DNA of 64,000 nucleotides. It comes from Octopus vulgaris. Its lineage: Eukaryota. Of this stretch, positions 12,101-26,222 are shown piece after piece. Under the pieces are notes generated by a model. That model saw only the letters and a program-made list of their open reading frames with translations, had not been told where the DNA came from and did no database searches. A program made the translations under genes and the position numbers. The stretch covers positions 42,842,001 to 42,906,000 of the forward strand of contig OX597824.1 of NCBI GenBank assembly GCA_951406725.2, written 5' to 3'. Numbering within the stretch: position 1 is the first letter of the stretch; each line of letters begins with the position of its first letter.

Positions 12101-15100
12101 CCATCTTATTTTTATTTGTTCCTTTTCAAGCCATGCCTGATTCATAAGGACTGGCTTCCCGGTTTCATTGGCATATAGGTTCCCCATCTGGACAGGACGC
12201 CAGTCCGTCACAGGTGAGCTGCAAGATGCAGGAGGAAAGAGTGAGAGAAAGTTGTAGCAAAAGAGTCAGCAGAAGTTCGCCATTACCTTCTGCCGGAGCC
12301 ACATGGAGCTTAGGTGTTCCACTCATAAACACACATATCACCTGGTCTGAGATTTGAACCTGCGCGATCCCTCGACCGCAAGTCCGCTACTCTAACCACT
12401 AGGCCATGTGCCTCCACTTGCTACCTTATACTAGTATATAATAAATTAGACAGCTGTGAAGCCACATGCTTTAGTGGTTAGGGTATTCAGCTCAGTCACA
12501 AGTTTCGTTTCAGTGATACATTGTATCCTTGAGCATGACACTTTATTTCATGTTGCTCTAGTCACCTGAGCTGGCAAAATTATGTTGAACCTTTCTTTCA
12601 AAGGGACAGCCTTATCACATTCTATGTCATGCCAAACCTCTCTAAGAACTACATTGAGGATATACATGTCTTTGGAGTGCTCAGCCACTAGCATTTTAAT
12701 TTTACAAGTAAGCCGTTTCGTTGAATGGATCAACTGGAAACCTCGTTGCCATAACCAACAGAGTGCCAGTCGGAAGAATAAATTAGCAATCAAATGTGCA
12801 CAGCATTAATTTTTAGAACAAATGAGAATTTACATTAAAACTAAAAACTAAGTACCAACTTTCAAAGTAATTTGACCACAAATAAATACACTACAAATAT
12901 TTGAATAAGCAAATGTATTTTTAGATATTTTCTGCTCAATTACAGGACTGAGTACTTGACTTAGGTGGTAAGTAGCTTGCTTACCAACCACACGGTTCCG
13001 GGTTCAGTCCCACTGCATGGCACCTTGGGCAAGTGTCTTCTACTATAGCCTCAGGCCGACCAAAGCCTTGTGAGTGGATTTGGTAGACGGAAACTGAAAG
13101 AAGCCTGTCGTGTAAATATATATATATATATATATATATATACATGTGTGTGTGTGTGTGTGTGTCTGTGTTTGTTCCCCCCCCCCACAACATCGCTTGA
13201 CAACCGATGCTGGTGTGTTTACATCCCCGTTACTTAGCGGTTTGGCAAAAGGGGCCGACAGAATAAGTAGTAGGCTTACAAAGAATAAGTCCTGGAGTCG
13301 ATTTGCTCGACTAAAAAAGCGGTGCTCCAGCATGGCCGCAGTCAAATGACTGAAACAAGTAAACGAGTATATGTATAGAACATATTCATCCAACCTGTGC
13401 AAATATAGAGGATCTTTTTGCTGCTGTCACAGTTTTCTATGTTTTTAAATTTTGTGCCAATTGTTTTCGAATTTGGTTTACTGATTTAGTTTTGTATGCT
13501 AATTGTGAAAATAAAATTCATTTTTGCCATAAATTAAAAAATAAAAAGTCAATAGTTTTTAAAGTTAGAAAATTATGGGTAATTTTAGTAAATTAAAAGC
13601 CACAGATATATTTGTGCATGTGTGCATAGTAACAAGAGAACCACCATTATCCCCATGTGTAGGTTCTTTTAGCCTAGCTAGTTTCTTTGATGATGAGCCA
13701 AACTATGGATGGAAGCACTCCGTCGGTTACGACGATGAGGGTTCCGGTTGATCCGATTAACGTGTAAGTGGCTGAGCACTCCACAGACACGTGTACCCTT
13801 AACGTAGTTCTCGGGGATATTCAGCGTGACACAGAGAGTGACAAGGCCGGCCCTTTGAAATACAGGTACAACAGAAACAGGAAGTAAGAGTGGGAGAAAG
13901 TTGCGGTGAAAGAGTACAGCAGGGATCACCACTATCCCTGCCGGAGCCTTGTGGAGCTTTAGGTGTTTTCGCTCAATAAACACTCACAATGCCCGGTCTG
14001 GGAATCGAAACCGCGATCCTACGACCGCGAGTCTGCTGCCCTAACAACTGGGCCATTGCGCCTCCAGCCAAACTATAATCATAAACCAAACACAGACTTG
14101 ACTGGATAAAAATTATCCAACTTGAAACATCTGCAACATTTTTCTGAACATTTTCTGGAATAAATGAATCACAAAATTGGATTCAACATGAAAAATTAAA
14201 TAAATATACCAAATTTGAAAATTTTCAATTCTAAAATTTCAAAATCTGAGCCAGCAACAGAAAAGATTCAATACAGAAAAATGAACAAATACACAGACAA
14301 CGGGCTTCTTTCAGTTTCTGCCTGCCAAATCCGTTCACATGGCCTGGGTGTATAACAGAAGAGACTTGTGTAAAGTGCAATGCAATAGGATTGAACCCAA
14401 AACCATGTGATTGGAAAGCAAGCTTTTCAAATACACTGGTATGTCTGTGCCTAAATAAAAGACATTTTGTTAGTCAAGAGACAGAGAGAGTATGAATGGT
14501 TTCCTAACATACCTTGCCACTTCCACGATTGCTATCTTCATCATCAGACAGTAACTTCAAAGTTCCAAAGCCTTCACCATCACCATCCACACTGAAATAT
14601 TTATTTTCGGGTTTCTTGTTCCAGGAGAATTTTCCACTGAAGAATTGAACCAATATACAAAAAGAATAATAATTAAATGTCATCTATTAAAAAACAAAGG
14701 CACTTACATTTACCTTAGTAAACTTAATGAAAACTGTTGCTTAACCCCAAATTAGATCCAGAAATGTTGAGGGACAAGGCAATAATCCACAGTATTCACC
14801 CTAGCATGCATTGTTTTATAAGAGAAGTGCAGAATAACCATTCATACTTGACTTTTAGTCTGATTCTGTGGGTTGGACAGTTTGACATGGAGCTGACTAG
14901 CAGGGAGCTGTCTGGACTTCAACTGTCTGTTGTGGCATGGTTTCTATGGCTGGATTCCCTTCCTAATACCAACGACTTACTAGAGTATGATGGGTGCTTT
15001 TTACATGCCACTGGCACATGCGTGTTTATGCAGCACCAGCATGGGTGCATTTTAAGTGGCACCGACACCTGAAAGAACAAGCCTTTATGTGTGGAAAACA

Positions 15101-16461
15101 GCGACTTTATTTAGCTTGACATGTCTTATCGAGTACAACAAATCGCCATATCACCCAGACCCTTGTCATTTCTTCAGCGAGGTCCATTGTCTCAAAATCC
15201 TTTCTCACCACTTTGTCCCATGCCTTCCTGGGTCTACCCAGGCACTTCTTTATACAGCTGTCCTCATCCATATGCATCACATGACCAAAAATAAGCACAG
15301 TCTTCTCTCTTGCACACAACATCTCATACCTCTTATACCCAGTTTTCTTTATAGATCATTTACACTCTGACGTGCAAGCACAATGACAACACCCATCCAG
15401 CAGAATATGCTAGCTTCATTTCTTACAAGCTTTTGCAAGTCCTCTGTAGTCAAAGCCCATGTTTCACTGCCATATAACATAACAGTACATACACAGGCAT
15501 CATACAATCTGCTTTTCACTCTGAGGGAGAGGCCCTTAGCTACCAACAAAGGTAGCTCTTCTCTCATATATATATATATTTATATATATATATATGTATA
15601 TATTCATGTATCTATGAGTGTATATTTGTGTATGACCTTCACCATTGCTTGACAACTGATGTTGGTTTGTTTACATCCGCATAACTGAGCAGTCTGGTAA
15701 AAGGATCAATGGTGTAAGTACCAGACTTTGAGAAAATTGGAACTGGGGTCAATTTAGAAATGTATTATTTCTATTTTCAAAAATTAGTGAATGTATTTCA
15801 CTTAAAATATATATGTTTTCAAAAGCAGATAGGCATTGACAGCTAGCAAGCCATGCTACTCCAGACTGATGATGAGCAATGACTCTGAAACTAGTCCCTG
15901 GATGCTGGCTTTGCTGGGTGGAGGTACTTGTTTCCACTTTGAAAACATAAAGACACAGGAAATGTGTCAAGTCCAACAGAAAACGGTGTTTCCTAGGGCT
16001 AAATAACGGTAGTGTTCTTCCCTTTTATGGGACTGTCACAGTAAGTTGACAACATACTATCACTTTTTGGGGTCAATTTGTTCACATACACCATTCAAGG
16101 TAGTACCTCAGGACAAAAAATTAAAAGATTACCTGAGTGGAAACTGTGAGTTAAAGTTAATACTGTCATTGAAAAGAGTTCGGCACGATTTGGTTCGTTC
16201 TTCAGCGGCTTCTAAGGTTCAGAACAAAAAACAAAGTAAAAGAAAATTATGATAAAATTTCAACAAAACTTACCTATTTTAAATCAGCAATAAATTTTTT
16301 ATGTCCTGTGTGATAGGTTTGATAATTGCAGAGACTTCTCAACATAAAACCAATGGTAGCCTTCTTTACCCACAAATAAAAAAATATTTACCCAACAAAG
16401 CAGTGTCGAGCACTCGTTCTCACTGTTTGACATTAGCATGTGTGTGTGTGTGTGAGTGTGA

Positions 16462-16511
<50 letters not shown>

Positions 16512-19500
16512 AAGAGTGTGTGTGGCAGGCTTCTTTCAGTTCCAGTTTCTCAGATAAATTCAGTTACAAAGCATTGGGCAACCTACAGCTGAAGTGGAAG
16601 GTACCAGCTAACACCATCCATACACAGAGAATGAACCCTAAACCACAGGGTTCTAAAGCAGACTTCTTAACCACAGGGCTGTGCCTATTCCAAGGTATAT
16701 AATGTATGCATATAAATAAATATAAATATGTGTGAGCATGTGTGTGTGTTTGCACATGTATACATGCTTGTTGCACAGCCATACATGACAAATGGACGAT
16801 TAGAAAACCAAATATATACCTGCAAACTGTCCAGAGCATAATCCAATAACATCATCCATATTGTCCTGAGTATCACACAATGAGTCCAGTGCTGAACGCT
16901 TAGGCTGGTGGGTCGTCACACCCAAAGACTTAACTCGCAGAAATCTGAAATATTCAAATATGTCCATTTACTACAAATGCAGAAAATTTAACGTAGAGGA
17001 GACAGCGGCTAGAAATCTCACAACAACATCGCACCATTAAAACTGCAATTCATTACTGAACAGAGGAAGAAACTCCTAATAATTTAAAGTGAACTTCACA
17101 ACAAATATTCTGGCCCAGGAGATTGGAAGGATGGCAGCAGAAGAATTTCAAATAAAATATCAGTATTTTGTAATGTTCTATGGAGGAATGGAGATTCTCT
17201 GGTTAGCTTCGTTCTGTTGAAGTACACTGCTTTTGTTTCAATTAATTTTGTAAGAAATAAAGAATTCAATAAAATAAGTCATTATTAAGCTAAACATAAA
17301 TTAAGCCTTTAGCATTTAAACCAACCATATCCATTCAAAATTTTTACCTGCTTTATGATCACACTGGCCAGATCCAGCCCCTCACCCCTACTCTATAATG
17401 ACATTTTAAAATTAAAATACTACATCATTGAAATCTTGAAGCTACAAGATAATATGTTATTAATTCAAAACAATGTGAATAAATAAATAAGCATTACATT
17501 TGACAGAATGACTTGAATGCTAACATGAAATTTTGATGGAAGGTTTTAATTCAGACCTCTGTAACCCTTTAGCATTTAAACCAGCCATATCTGGCCAAAA
17601 TAACCTATCTATTTAATCTTCAAAAGTGGCCAGATCTGACCTCTCACACTTAACCTACAATGTCATTCTAAAAATAAACAATCATGTTATTGAAATCTCA
17701 AAGCTAAAAGATAATGCAGGACTAATTCAAATCAATGCGAATAAATTTGACAGAGTAATTTGAATGTTAAAGGGTTAAAACAATCAAAAGCTGTCTCAGG
17801 TGGGTTGGTATCAAAAGGGTTAACCCTTTTGTTATTATATATCTGTTGAAATACACTGCTTTGTTTTAATTAGTTTTAAAAATAATGATGAATTTAGTAA
17901 AAAATAACTATTGTTAGCCAGTTAGGATTTTGTTAATGAAACAAAAACAAATGAAATCCTAGTTCAATACTAACCCTTGTTCATCCAGCATAGGTGATGC
18001 CTGGGAATCAATAGGAAACTTCAAGCTGTTTGAATCCATTTCTGGAGATTGGAAATCACCAAAACTCTTGTATAAATCCTGAGTATCTTCAGCCGAAATA
18101 TTTAAACTTTTGCATGAAACCTAGCATTCATTAACAGAAAGAAAAACAGGCATTTTCAAAATTAACAATTCATATGAATCTATATAACTTATTTTCACTT
18201 GTTTATTCAATTGTACAAGCACAAACAAACACACACACACATAAAGTACTGTGACAGCATGTGGAAGGATCCAGATTCACAAACAGGTGTCGTGCACTCA
18301 AAGTAGAAGGAAACTGTTGAAGAGAGAGACCAAGAATATGGTGCAAAGTGAAGAGAATAGACCCCCATGAGGCTGAATGTCACAAAGGAGATGATAAAGG
18401 ACTGTGGTTAATTGCCTGCTCAAATTATACAAGCATAGAAAAAAGACTATAAAATTGTTGACTGTGATGGTGATTGGGATGTGTAATAGCTACATATGAT
18501 CCTCAGCCAATTATTATATTCATATTAAGTATCTACATACACTCTAACCTTTCATCATCTGACACAAGATCACCTCCTCCAATGCCCCTTTCACTCTCAA
18601 AAGATCTTTGTCTTGCAAGTTGCTTGGTGACCTTGCCAGTGCTGGTGCCATGTAAAAAGCATCCAGTCCACATAGTAAAGTGGTTGGCATTTGGAAAGGT
18701 ATCCAGCTGTAAAAACCATGACAAAACTGACTTTGCCTGTGCTGGTGCTACATAAAAGCACTTGGTCCACTCTGTGGAATAGTTGGTGTTAGGAAGGGCA
18801 TCCAGCTGTAAAAACTGTACTAAAACAGACAAAGAAGTCTGGTGCAGTCTTCTGTCTGGCCAGCTCCTGCCAGCATGGAAGGTGGGCGTTAAACAACGAC
18901 AATGATAATAATACATCTCCTTTTCTATCCACTTTGTCACTCTCTTTGTCTCCTACCAATGCACCATCCTGCTATCACACTTTCTCGTCCTCCTCACCAT
19001 CTGTGCAATGAGGAAGACATAACATTGGACCAGTCCATATTCAAGTTATGGCTAATCATCATGCTCTCTTGCTCTCTCATTACCCCCTCCTCTATCACAC
19101 AATACTCACTTCCATGACTATCCACCGCTCTCTTGCTTATCATCACCCATCTTCAATGCTATCCATTACCTTTTCACTCTCACTTTATTCTCCACACGCT
19201 ATCACTGACTCTACACAAACACTCACATCATATTCTTCCTCAATTCCTTAGATGTCTATCTAACATGTAAAACTAGGTAATTCCTATTAGCAAATGAAAC
19301 ATGTAATGGTGAAAAAATAATACAAGAAAATTTCAAATTTCCTATTGTGTTTTATATATATATATATATAGTCCAACCCATGCTAGCATGGAAAGCGGAT
19401 ATTATATGATGATGATATATACATGGTCTCATCAATAAGTATTTGGGCTGTTGCCATAATAAACAGCAGAAGTGAGCTAGAACATTAAAACTTAGTGCAC

Positions 19501-22500
19501 ATGCACAGCAGAGGTCAGGGTCAATCTGTGCCAAGCAGCTTCACTCTGTGTGCTTTAGCTTTATTACCATGGCAACAGTCCGGATACTTATTGATCAGAT
19601 CTCGTCTATCTATCTATCTATCTATCTATAATATATAAACTTACTTGGAAATGGAAGTGTGGCATTCAATTAAATAATAATATAAATAATATATATATAT
19701 ATATATATATATATGCATAATATGGGTACAGGACATCACCAACTGTGTAAACAATTGAAGTATAAAAATGAGTTAAATACGCAAATAATGAGAGAAAAAA
19801 TGGAAAGCAGGGCAAGTAACACAGAGAACGATCCTTCATAGTTGTCAGCTGTCTATCTACTCATTTTGAGCATTCAACGACAATGAGTCTTTGAAGACAG
19901 TTCCTCCTGTAAATTCTAAAATAAAATTTTGGATTTATGGAGAGAGTTGGAATGAGAAATCATTCTCTCCATCATTGTTTTAATATCCATCTTTTCATTT
20001 TTGCATGGATCAGATGAAATTTATTGAAGCAGATTTTCTACAGCTGAATATTCTGTCGCCAAACCTCATCTGTTTCCAAGTAAGGTTATATTTCTCTTTG
20101 ATCATCAAACACCAACAGCACAAAGACTGGAAATGATTTCATTAATAACCAACATGTGCATACATATATGCCTGACACAAATACACATACACATATATTG
20201 TTGGCTTCTATCAGTTTCTGTCTACAAAAATCTGCTCAGAAGGATCTGGTCAAACTGGGGTTTTTGCAGAAGATTTCTGCAAGGTACCACTGAGTGGAAC
20301 TGAACCTGAAACCACATGGTTGGAAAATGCCTTAACCAGCAGCTGTGCCTGCACGTATGAGATATATATATATATTTAAATATTTTATAGAGACAGTGTG
20401 AGAGAAAATGAGACCAAGAGAAAGGGAAATGTACACACAGATATACACACATACTACAGAACAAGATCAAAAATAGATATCACTTACATCTGAAGGGGTT
20501 TTGGGAAATAGAGGTTTGCCAGAATCTGAAGAACAAAACAAAACATTGATTGACAGTAATATATTTTCCTTTTGTTTTCATTCATGAAGGTTTTGGTTAA
20601 TACTGAGTTAAATATTTATTGCAAATGATTAATAATATAAGGTAAGTTTATATTTATATATATATGTGCATGGAAGATGGACGTTAAATGATGATATATA
20701 TACACATACATACACAAACACCCCCACACACACACACATATATGATGCTGCTGCTGCTGAAACCCCCTTCGGTCATGACTGACCATGGGCTTGCACCTAG
20801 AAAGCTACCCTCTAAGGCACAAGTCTGGGCAAAGTAGTTTTTTTTTTATGGAAGACCAGCAGTTGCCCATGCATACCGGCCTCCCTTCTCCACGCCACCA
20901 GTGTTATCCAAGGGAAAGGCAAAGGGGCTGATACAGCTTGGCACCAGCGACGTCGCAACTCATTTCAACACCTGAACTGGAGCAACGTGAAATAAAGTGT
21001 CTTGCTCAAGAACACAACACGCAGCCTGGTCCGGGATTCTAATTTAGGGTATCTAACAGATACCACCACGCTCGAAATAGCAGCCAAAGCTTGACTCTAA
21101 AACCACCTTAGATGTTTATACAGCACCATACACACACACACACACATATATATATATGTATATATACATACACACACACACATATTTATATATACATACA
21201 CACACACACAGAGGTATAAAGAGGAAAATGAGAGAGAGAGTTACAAATACTATGTACAAACTATCAAACACAAGTACTAAAAAGATATAAAACTTACCGT
21301 TAGGCTTCTTTATAACAAACTGGTCATTCATGATGTTCTTCTCATCAGCATCATCATTATCATCATCATCTTCTTCAAGTCGAGCTTTTCTCTTTTTACT
21401 TAGGTTTTGGCTAATTGGTACTGTAACGAAACCAAATGAAAATCATTTAACCACATTTAGAACAACTGTTTAATATTTCCAATATTAACACCTATGCCTC
21501 CTCTACACATCTGGAGTAGACTTATTTCCCTTTCACGAAAGATTCATCATCATCATCACTGCCATTGTCACTATCTCCACCATCATCATCATCACTGTCA
21601 TTGTCACTATCTCCATCATCATCATCATCATCACCACTGCCATTGTCACTATCTCCACCACATCATTAATCACTGTCACTGTCACCTTCATGACCACTGT
21701 CATCTTTGTTGTTGTCATCACCAGTATAGGCACAAGCATCACTGTGTGGTAAGAATTTTGTTTCCCAATCATATGGTCTTGTGTTCAGTTCCACTGCATG
21801 GTACCTTCAGTGTTGGCTACTACAGCCCCAGATTGACCAATACCTTGTGAGTGATTTTGTTAGATGGAAACTAAAAGAAGCACGTTACATGCATGTGTGT
21901 GTGTTTGTGTTATTGTCTGCTTGCTTTGACTTCACCTGTTGGTCGTAAATGAATGTCACCATCATGTGAGGGGTGTCCTTCATTTTCAATCTTCCATGGA
22001 AACATGTCTGGTCATGAGGAAATATTACCTTACTTGTAAACAAGTGAGGGTTGGTGACAGGAAGAGCATTCAGCTGTAGAAAATTATCATCATCATCATT
22101 TAACGTCCGCCTTCCATGCTGGCATTAACATCAAATTCCATCTGACCCATGCAAGAATGGGAAAGTGAATGTTAGAATAACGAAAATCACCACCATCATC
22201 ACCATCACTATCACCTTCATTATCAGTCATACATCCTGGTGGTGGGCCCTCAACTCTTGAAGGAGCCATAGTTGTGTCATTATGGCATACTGAGTATTAT
22301 AGGCATTTTAAGATTTGGTGGCGACCCTTTTATACAGCTGGTGTCATGTACAAAGCATTGGTGATGGTTCTTTGTAAAAGGCACAAGTGATGGTGCCACA
22401 TAAAAAGCACCCAGTATACTTTGTAAAGTGGTTGGTGTTAAGAAGGATATCCAGCTGTAGAAACCATGCCAAAACTGATTATGGAACCTGGTGTGGGTCC

Positions 22501-24519
22501 TGACCTTGCCAGCTTCTGTCAAAATGTCCAACCCATGCTAGCATGAAAAAATAAAATGATGATGAATGATGAGAGAGAGAGACTCCATTACTTGACTGTC
22601 ACTTTAACAGCACTGAAAGGAAATAAAGTAAAGTTGACCATGGCAGTATTTGAACACACAGAGCTAGAATGAACATTATAAGGTAATCAATCTGACATCG
22701 TAACAATTCAGTAAATTCACTACCTTATCTGTGATGTTAAATATTGTCCAATAGTCAGGACAAGATGCACTGCATCTTAAGATGAGTCTCACAGCTGGAA
22801 TACCTTTGATCATATGTATATTTCATTTTGGACCAACACAGCACAGAACAACAACAAAAGAGCATCTATGTAGTTACTTGATTTGCTAGAAATAGCAACT
22901 ACATTTCCCTCAAATCACAAACTGCTTTAGGAAGATTGTGTGAATAATATAATGTGGAAGAGATGGCAAGACATTCACAGTTTGAACTCTTTTGATCATA
23001 AGCTGGGCCATTCAAGACTGATACAAGTTAAACATCACTAACAAGAGAGCTATATGTCATCAATTGACCTCCTAGAAATAGAAGCTAAATCCTCTTTTTA
23101 GCATCATTAAAATAAGAGGATACATCAGATAAGTTTGTTCTAGATACGAAAGGTGGTAGGGTCAAGGCTGTGATGCCTTTTAATTATAGATCTTCTAGAT
23201 GAATGATCTGGAACTAAACAATAAACAAGAGGCATATGGGAGTCAATGCAATATATTAAAAATATTTAAAAAAAAAAGGCAGTGCAAAAGCAAAAGAAAA
23301 AAAAAAACTGACCATCAGAATCCTCATCAGACTGGTCAAGATTGAAGTCAAAACTGCCATCAGCACTATCATTATCGTTGTTGTTTTTGATTTTCGGTTC
23401 TTTTTCAAACTGCTCCCTGTCACCTTCTTCATCATCGTCATCATCTTCATCTTCTCCTTCATAGTCATCTTCTTCTTCAGCTTCTTCATCAACAAAGGCA
23501 TTTTTCTAAAAAGAAAAAAAAAAAAAAATGAAATATCCTTCATTACTTTTCCATGTTTTTTCATGCAAGTATGGGTTGGATGAATATATTATTGTAGCAT
23601 TGTTTTTCAGCTGGATACTCTTCCTGTTGTTAACCCTTACCTGTTTCTCAAGTAAAGGACATCTTATTTCATATCTGGAGGTGCAAAGTGACTGAATGAT
23701 TTGTTGACAAGATAAGTAAGAATAATACTGCTCATGGTAACCAACTTTTGTATATCACAAATGTAAACATACACAGAAACACATACATATGTATTTGATG
23801 AGCTTCTTTCAGTTTACTCTAGTAGATTTACTCACAAGGCTATGACCAATCCAGGGGCTTTAGTAGGAAACACTCACCCAAACTCTTTTTGAATGATACT
23901 TGTTCAATCATCCACCAAGGCATTCCAAATTCAAAAATGTACCTAAGCTGGTACTCCTATGGTTACAAAACGACAAGGGGTTCCAGTTGATTTGGTCAAC
24001 AGAAAGCCTGCTCATGAAATTCATGTGCAACTGGCTGAGTACTCCAAAGACACACATACCTTTAATGTAGTTCTCAGGGAGATTCAGCATGATACAGAAT
24101 GTGACAAGGTAGGCCCTTTGAAATTCAAGTACTACTCATTTTTGCCTGATGAAGGGACTGGAACTATATGGAATAAAGTGTCTTGCTCATGGAAGTCAAC
24201 AAACAGAATCACCGGGAAAATATGCAGTTAAAAGCACCCATGTGGTACCACATAGTAGCACCCAGCACACTCTGTAAAGTGGTTGGTGTTAGGAAGGGTA
24301 TCCAGCCATAAAAACCATGCCAAATCAGACTGGAGTCTAGTGCAGCTCTCCAGCTAGCCAAGTCTGGTCAAACTGTCCAACCCATGCCAGCATAAACAAT
24401 GGACATTAAATGATGATGATGATAAACCCCACACTACAACAAGTTTTCAAGAATTCAATTATTTCTGACCAAAGCCTTGAGAATGGATTTGGTAGAGAGA
24501 AATTGAAAGAAGCCTACCA

Positions 24520-24562
<43 letters not shown>

Positions 24563-25925
24563 CTGTCTCCTTGCCTTGACATCGAGTGATAGTTGTAAAC
24601 AAATGTCACCATCATGCAGGCAGTGTCCATTTCCAATCTTGCATAAAAAATTGTCTGGTCATGGGGAAATATTACCTTACTTCAAAATGGGTGAGGTTCA
24701 GCAACAGGAAAAGCACACAAATTCCATCCAACACATGCAAGCATGGAAAAGTGGACATTAAAATGACAATAATAAGAGATAGCTGTATTCAATTTCCAAA
24801 GAAATTGATGGTCCTATAAAAACATGCAGATATTACTTGCAATTGTGTCTATATAGTTATGAGCCATCATAGATACCATCTTGATCCTCAATATGACAGC
24901 TGGAGAGAGAGATGCACTAGAACTTGGTTTGTATGCATTTCAGTGGAGCAGACTAGAATGTCTTGAAATAATGTGCCTGACTCAAGGACACAATGCTCAG
25001 CTCAGTCAAGGAATTGAACCAATGGCCCCATGATCACAATCCCAAGACACTAACCACAAGGTCATGTGAATTCACTTATTCTAACTTCTTTCCTAAAAGA
25101 AGATCCTTTACCAGCTCGAAATAGCAGCCAAATCTCCATCAAAATCATTCCCCACTATAAGAAGTGGAACATGATGTATTAGATACAATGCAGTCCGAGG
25201 CATATATACAAGGTAGCGATTGTTGCAAGTGAAACACCTTTGATCTTAGATCTGCTCAACCAAGGATAACAGGGAACAAAAAGAGTAGAAAAAGAAAAAA
25301 AGTAAATTTGTACACACTGGTTTCCGCTTTTCTTTGTAACTTAGCATTTCTTCTTCTTCATCATCATCATATTCTTCATCCCCTTCTTCCTCTTCTCCTT
25401 TGTCTTCAGTTTCAGAGTCTACAGAATCAGAACCATCTGTCAGTTCAGCTTCTTCCTCATCATCCTTCAGGTTATCATAAACCTCTTCATTATCTAACTT
25501 ATACAGATCACAGCGCTTCTTTCTATTTTCTCCCCGTTTTATCCAAATCTGCTTTACCAGGTGGTTCTTGAGAGCCATCAGTTTGGAACCTGCAATAAAT
25601 AAATTCTGTAGAAACCCATGCATAATAGGTACATCAATTCTTAGCCCCAAATTGCCATAGAAACCTACATCAAATATATGCATTTGCTTGTTTAAGGAAC
25701 ATTTTTCCCATTCTAGCATGGTTAAGAAGGGAAGTAATTTTGAGGTAGGCTTCTATGGTTGGTTGCTCTTCCATTCAGCAAACCTTAACCATTTTTCAAA
25801 TCAGGGATCTTTTTATATAAACATCTCTTTGAAAGCGTAGAGCAAAGGGTTGTGATGTTGGCAAAGAATGTAAACATCATTCAAACAGTGACAAGCAGAA
25901 TATCAACATTTAGTGTGTATATGTG

Positions 25926-25976
<51 letters not shown>

Positions 25977-26172
25977 CCATGTTGATTCGCTAGCTTCTGC
26001 ACGCATTTTTTTTCTCTCCTTGTTTCTTTTCTGTGTATCTTTCTGTTGTAGAGCGTAGGCTTGAAACGTAAAAGACTTGTTTTATTTAGATTCCTGAGCG
26101 CCATACTAATACAATTGTTTGTTTGAACTCCACCTGCCTTCGTCTTTTGTTTATTTTCATAAAGCTTCCTGT

Positions 26173-26222
<50 letters not shown>

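Noticed and set aside
21494-21850. Poly-His ORF (118 aa)
   Set aside because: Translation of a (CAT/CAC)n simple repeat inside a Claspin intron.
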